Virus record (IMG/VR): IMGVR_UViG_3300007983_000005
Coordinates: 1-52,107 of that record
DNA length: 52,107 bases
Strand: one strand, 5' to 3'
From: a virus
Taxonomy: Duplodnaviria; Caudoviricetes
Made by a program: the position numbers and the translations under genes. Every line of letters begins with the position of its first letter. Position 1 is the first letter of the stretch. This document shows, in pieces, positions 50,542 through 52,107 of the stretch. The notes below the pieces were generated by a model. The model ran no database searches. It was given only the letters and a program-made list of their open reading frames with translations, and was not told the DNA's origin.

Positions 50542-52107
50542 TTAATCTACTCCTATGATTCCAGTTGATAGATTCTTAAGATTATATCCAGTTTCATTAA
50601 ATGTATTTGTTGAACCTTCTATTATCTCTTCATAAATTTCTTCTACAATATATTCAGAATCACTATCTATTTCTTTTTGGAAAGTTTCTGAATCCACTAA
50701 TCCATTAATAGTATCTACTATAAAATTCCAACCATCTTTGTTTATAGGTATAACGGCTTCAGCATGTTCTCCTTCACCAATCCATGCTAATGTAGTTCCA
50801 GTTATAAGTCCACCAGTTTCTAACCTTTTTATGGATTTAACATCTTTGGAATATCCTCTACCTGTAAATCTTGTACTACTACCAGCACGCCTAACACCAA
50901 AATCTTGAGCTATTCCTGGTATTTCAATATTGAAGTTTTCTTTACCCCAATATTTATTATCAAATACAAGTTGAGCTTGTCTAGCAACAAATCCAGTAGT
51001 TAAATTATATGTTTTAGCTAATTGTATTTGTTTATGGAACCAAGAATTTATTTGTTCTTTAATTGTTTCTTTATCACTTAAAGGATTTAATCCTGATCGA
51101 CGGGAAGGTAAAAATGCATTTATCATAGCATCTATTACATTTGGAAAACTATTCCCTATATAATCAGGAATAGCCCCTGGCGACATTGATGTAATTTCTG
51201 ATAAATCGACATCGAATTCTTTATTAAGGGAACTTAATTGGGATAAAATAGTAGAAATATCTATTTGCCTGGTTATATTAGATGAATCAATTATAGACAA
51301 TGCAGTTTTTATTGCATTTGTAAATTCTTGACTAGTTTTAGCAGAAGATATATCTCTTAATGTTGAACTTAATTTTTTAATTGAATTTGTTGCATTTTGA
51401 GTATCTCTTGATTTTTTACCTAAACCTTCACCATCTTTACTGATATAACTAGGAATAGTTGTTATGTCTTTTATTATTCCATTTTTCTTTAGATCATTAA
51501 TAACAGACTTCATTTTTTCTTTTTGTTTATTAGATACGGTTTTAAAGTTATCTATAGTTTTTATTTGATCATTAACAGCATTAGTTAATAGTGTTGCTTC
51601 AGTCATACCTTTATTAAAACTTTCTTTTAATTCTAAATTTTTGGCGGCCATTCTTGTATTTAGTGCCTGACCTGTTTCCTTTATGTTATACCAATCTGGA
51701 ATTTCAATTTTATCACCTGAAATCCATTCATATGTCATAGCAACAGGACTACTAATTCGAATTAAATCTTCTAGTGCTGATTTTGATTTTCCTCCTCTAG
51801 TTCTAGTATCTCCTTCAGATAAAACATTTTCCATTTCATTTAATGTTTGAAGTATACCTTGGAGTTTAATTGCTGATGTATCAAATCTTCTTTGTGCAAC
51901 TTCTTTAGATTGACCAAACATCTCAACTACAATAGCATCTATATCCACTTGTAATTGTTTTTTCATATTAGTATCTAATTGAACTCCACCAAATCTAAAT
52001 TCTCTTAAAAATTGATTATATGCGTCTTTACCTACTTCAATAAGTTCCATTCTAAATTGATTTCGTTTTGAAGGATGAGAATAAATCAATTCTGCTATTT
52101 CAGCATA
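50542..52107 (-). CDS. Tape-measure-like protein, 5'-truncated by the window edge
   Basis: Frame stays open upstream of the called TTG to base 52107; C-terminal TGGLITGTTLAWIGEGEHAEAVIPI is a typical TMP motif. Confidence 0.7.
   Translation of the reverse strand, partial: YAEIAELIYSHPSKRNQFRMELIEVGKDAYNQFLREFRFGGVQLDTNMKKQLQVDIDAIVVEMFGQSKEVAQRRFDTSAIKLQGILQTLNEMENVLSEGDTRTRGGKSKSALEDLIRISSPVAMTYEWISGDKIEIPDWYNIKETGQALNTRMAAKNLELKESFNKGMTEATLLTNAVNDQIKTIDNFKTVSNKQKEKMKSVINDLKKNGIIKDITTIPSYISKDGEGLGKKSRDTQNATNSIKKLSSTLRDISSAKTSQEFTNAIKTALSIIDSSNITRQIDISTILSQLSSLNKEFDVDLSEITSMSPGAIPDYIGNSFPNVIDAMINAFLPSRRSGLNPLSDKETIKEQINSWFHKQIQLAKTYNLTTGFVARQAQLVFDNKYWGKENFNIEIPGIAQDFGVRRAGSSTRFTGRGYSKDVKSIKRLETGGLITGTTLAWIGEGEHAEAVIPINKDGWNFIVDTINGLVDSETFQKEIDSDSEYIVEEIYEEIIEGSTNTFNETGYNLKNLSTGIIGVD

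Noticed and set aside
1-52107. Stop-codon reassignment
   Set aside because: Genes up to 7 kb are intact in the standard code and tile tightly; TAA, TAG and TGA all appear as plausible stops.
1-52107. Diversity-generating retroelement, introns, inteins, tRNAs
   Set aside because: No reverse transcriptase, no near-identical template/variable repeat pair, no homing-endonuclease or intein motifs, and no cloverleaf noticed by eye.

Overview
AT-rich, gene-dense segment of a large (probably jumbo) T4-like myovirus, read in the standard code with Shine-Dalgarno sites. Almost all genes are on the minus strand and form a tail/baseplate morphogenesis region: two tape-measure-like genes, a gp48-like fusion, gp53, a gp27-like hub, gp3, gp5, gp25, enlarged gp6- and gp7-like wedge proteins, several very large fibre/appendage proteins, a collagen-containing Cys-rich fibre and a truncated Cys-rich poly-Ser protein. 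Two non-structural islands interrupt it: a plus-strand cluster (Zn-ribbons, dNMP kinase, ClpP, coiled-coil protein) and a VWA/metallopeptidase + MoxR AAA+ module with its own sigma70-type promoter. The most unusual signal is in the 2015-aa protein. It appears to be a paralogue of the adjacent 448-aa protein with a ~1,500-aa insertion; the insertion is a Kelch-like propeller, which in turn carries four LecA/PA-IL-like domains nested one inside another. A ~60-aa module and a (T/S)(T/S)G tag recur across many otherwise unrelated virion proteins. All family calls come from motif recognition by eye; no searches were run.
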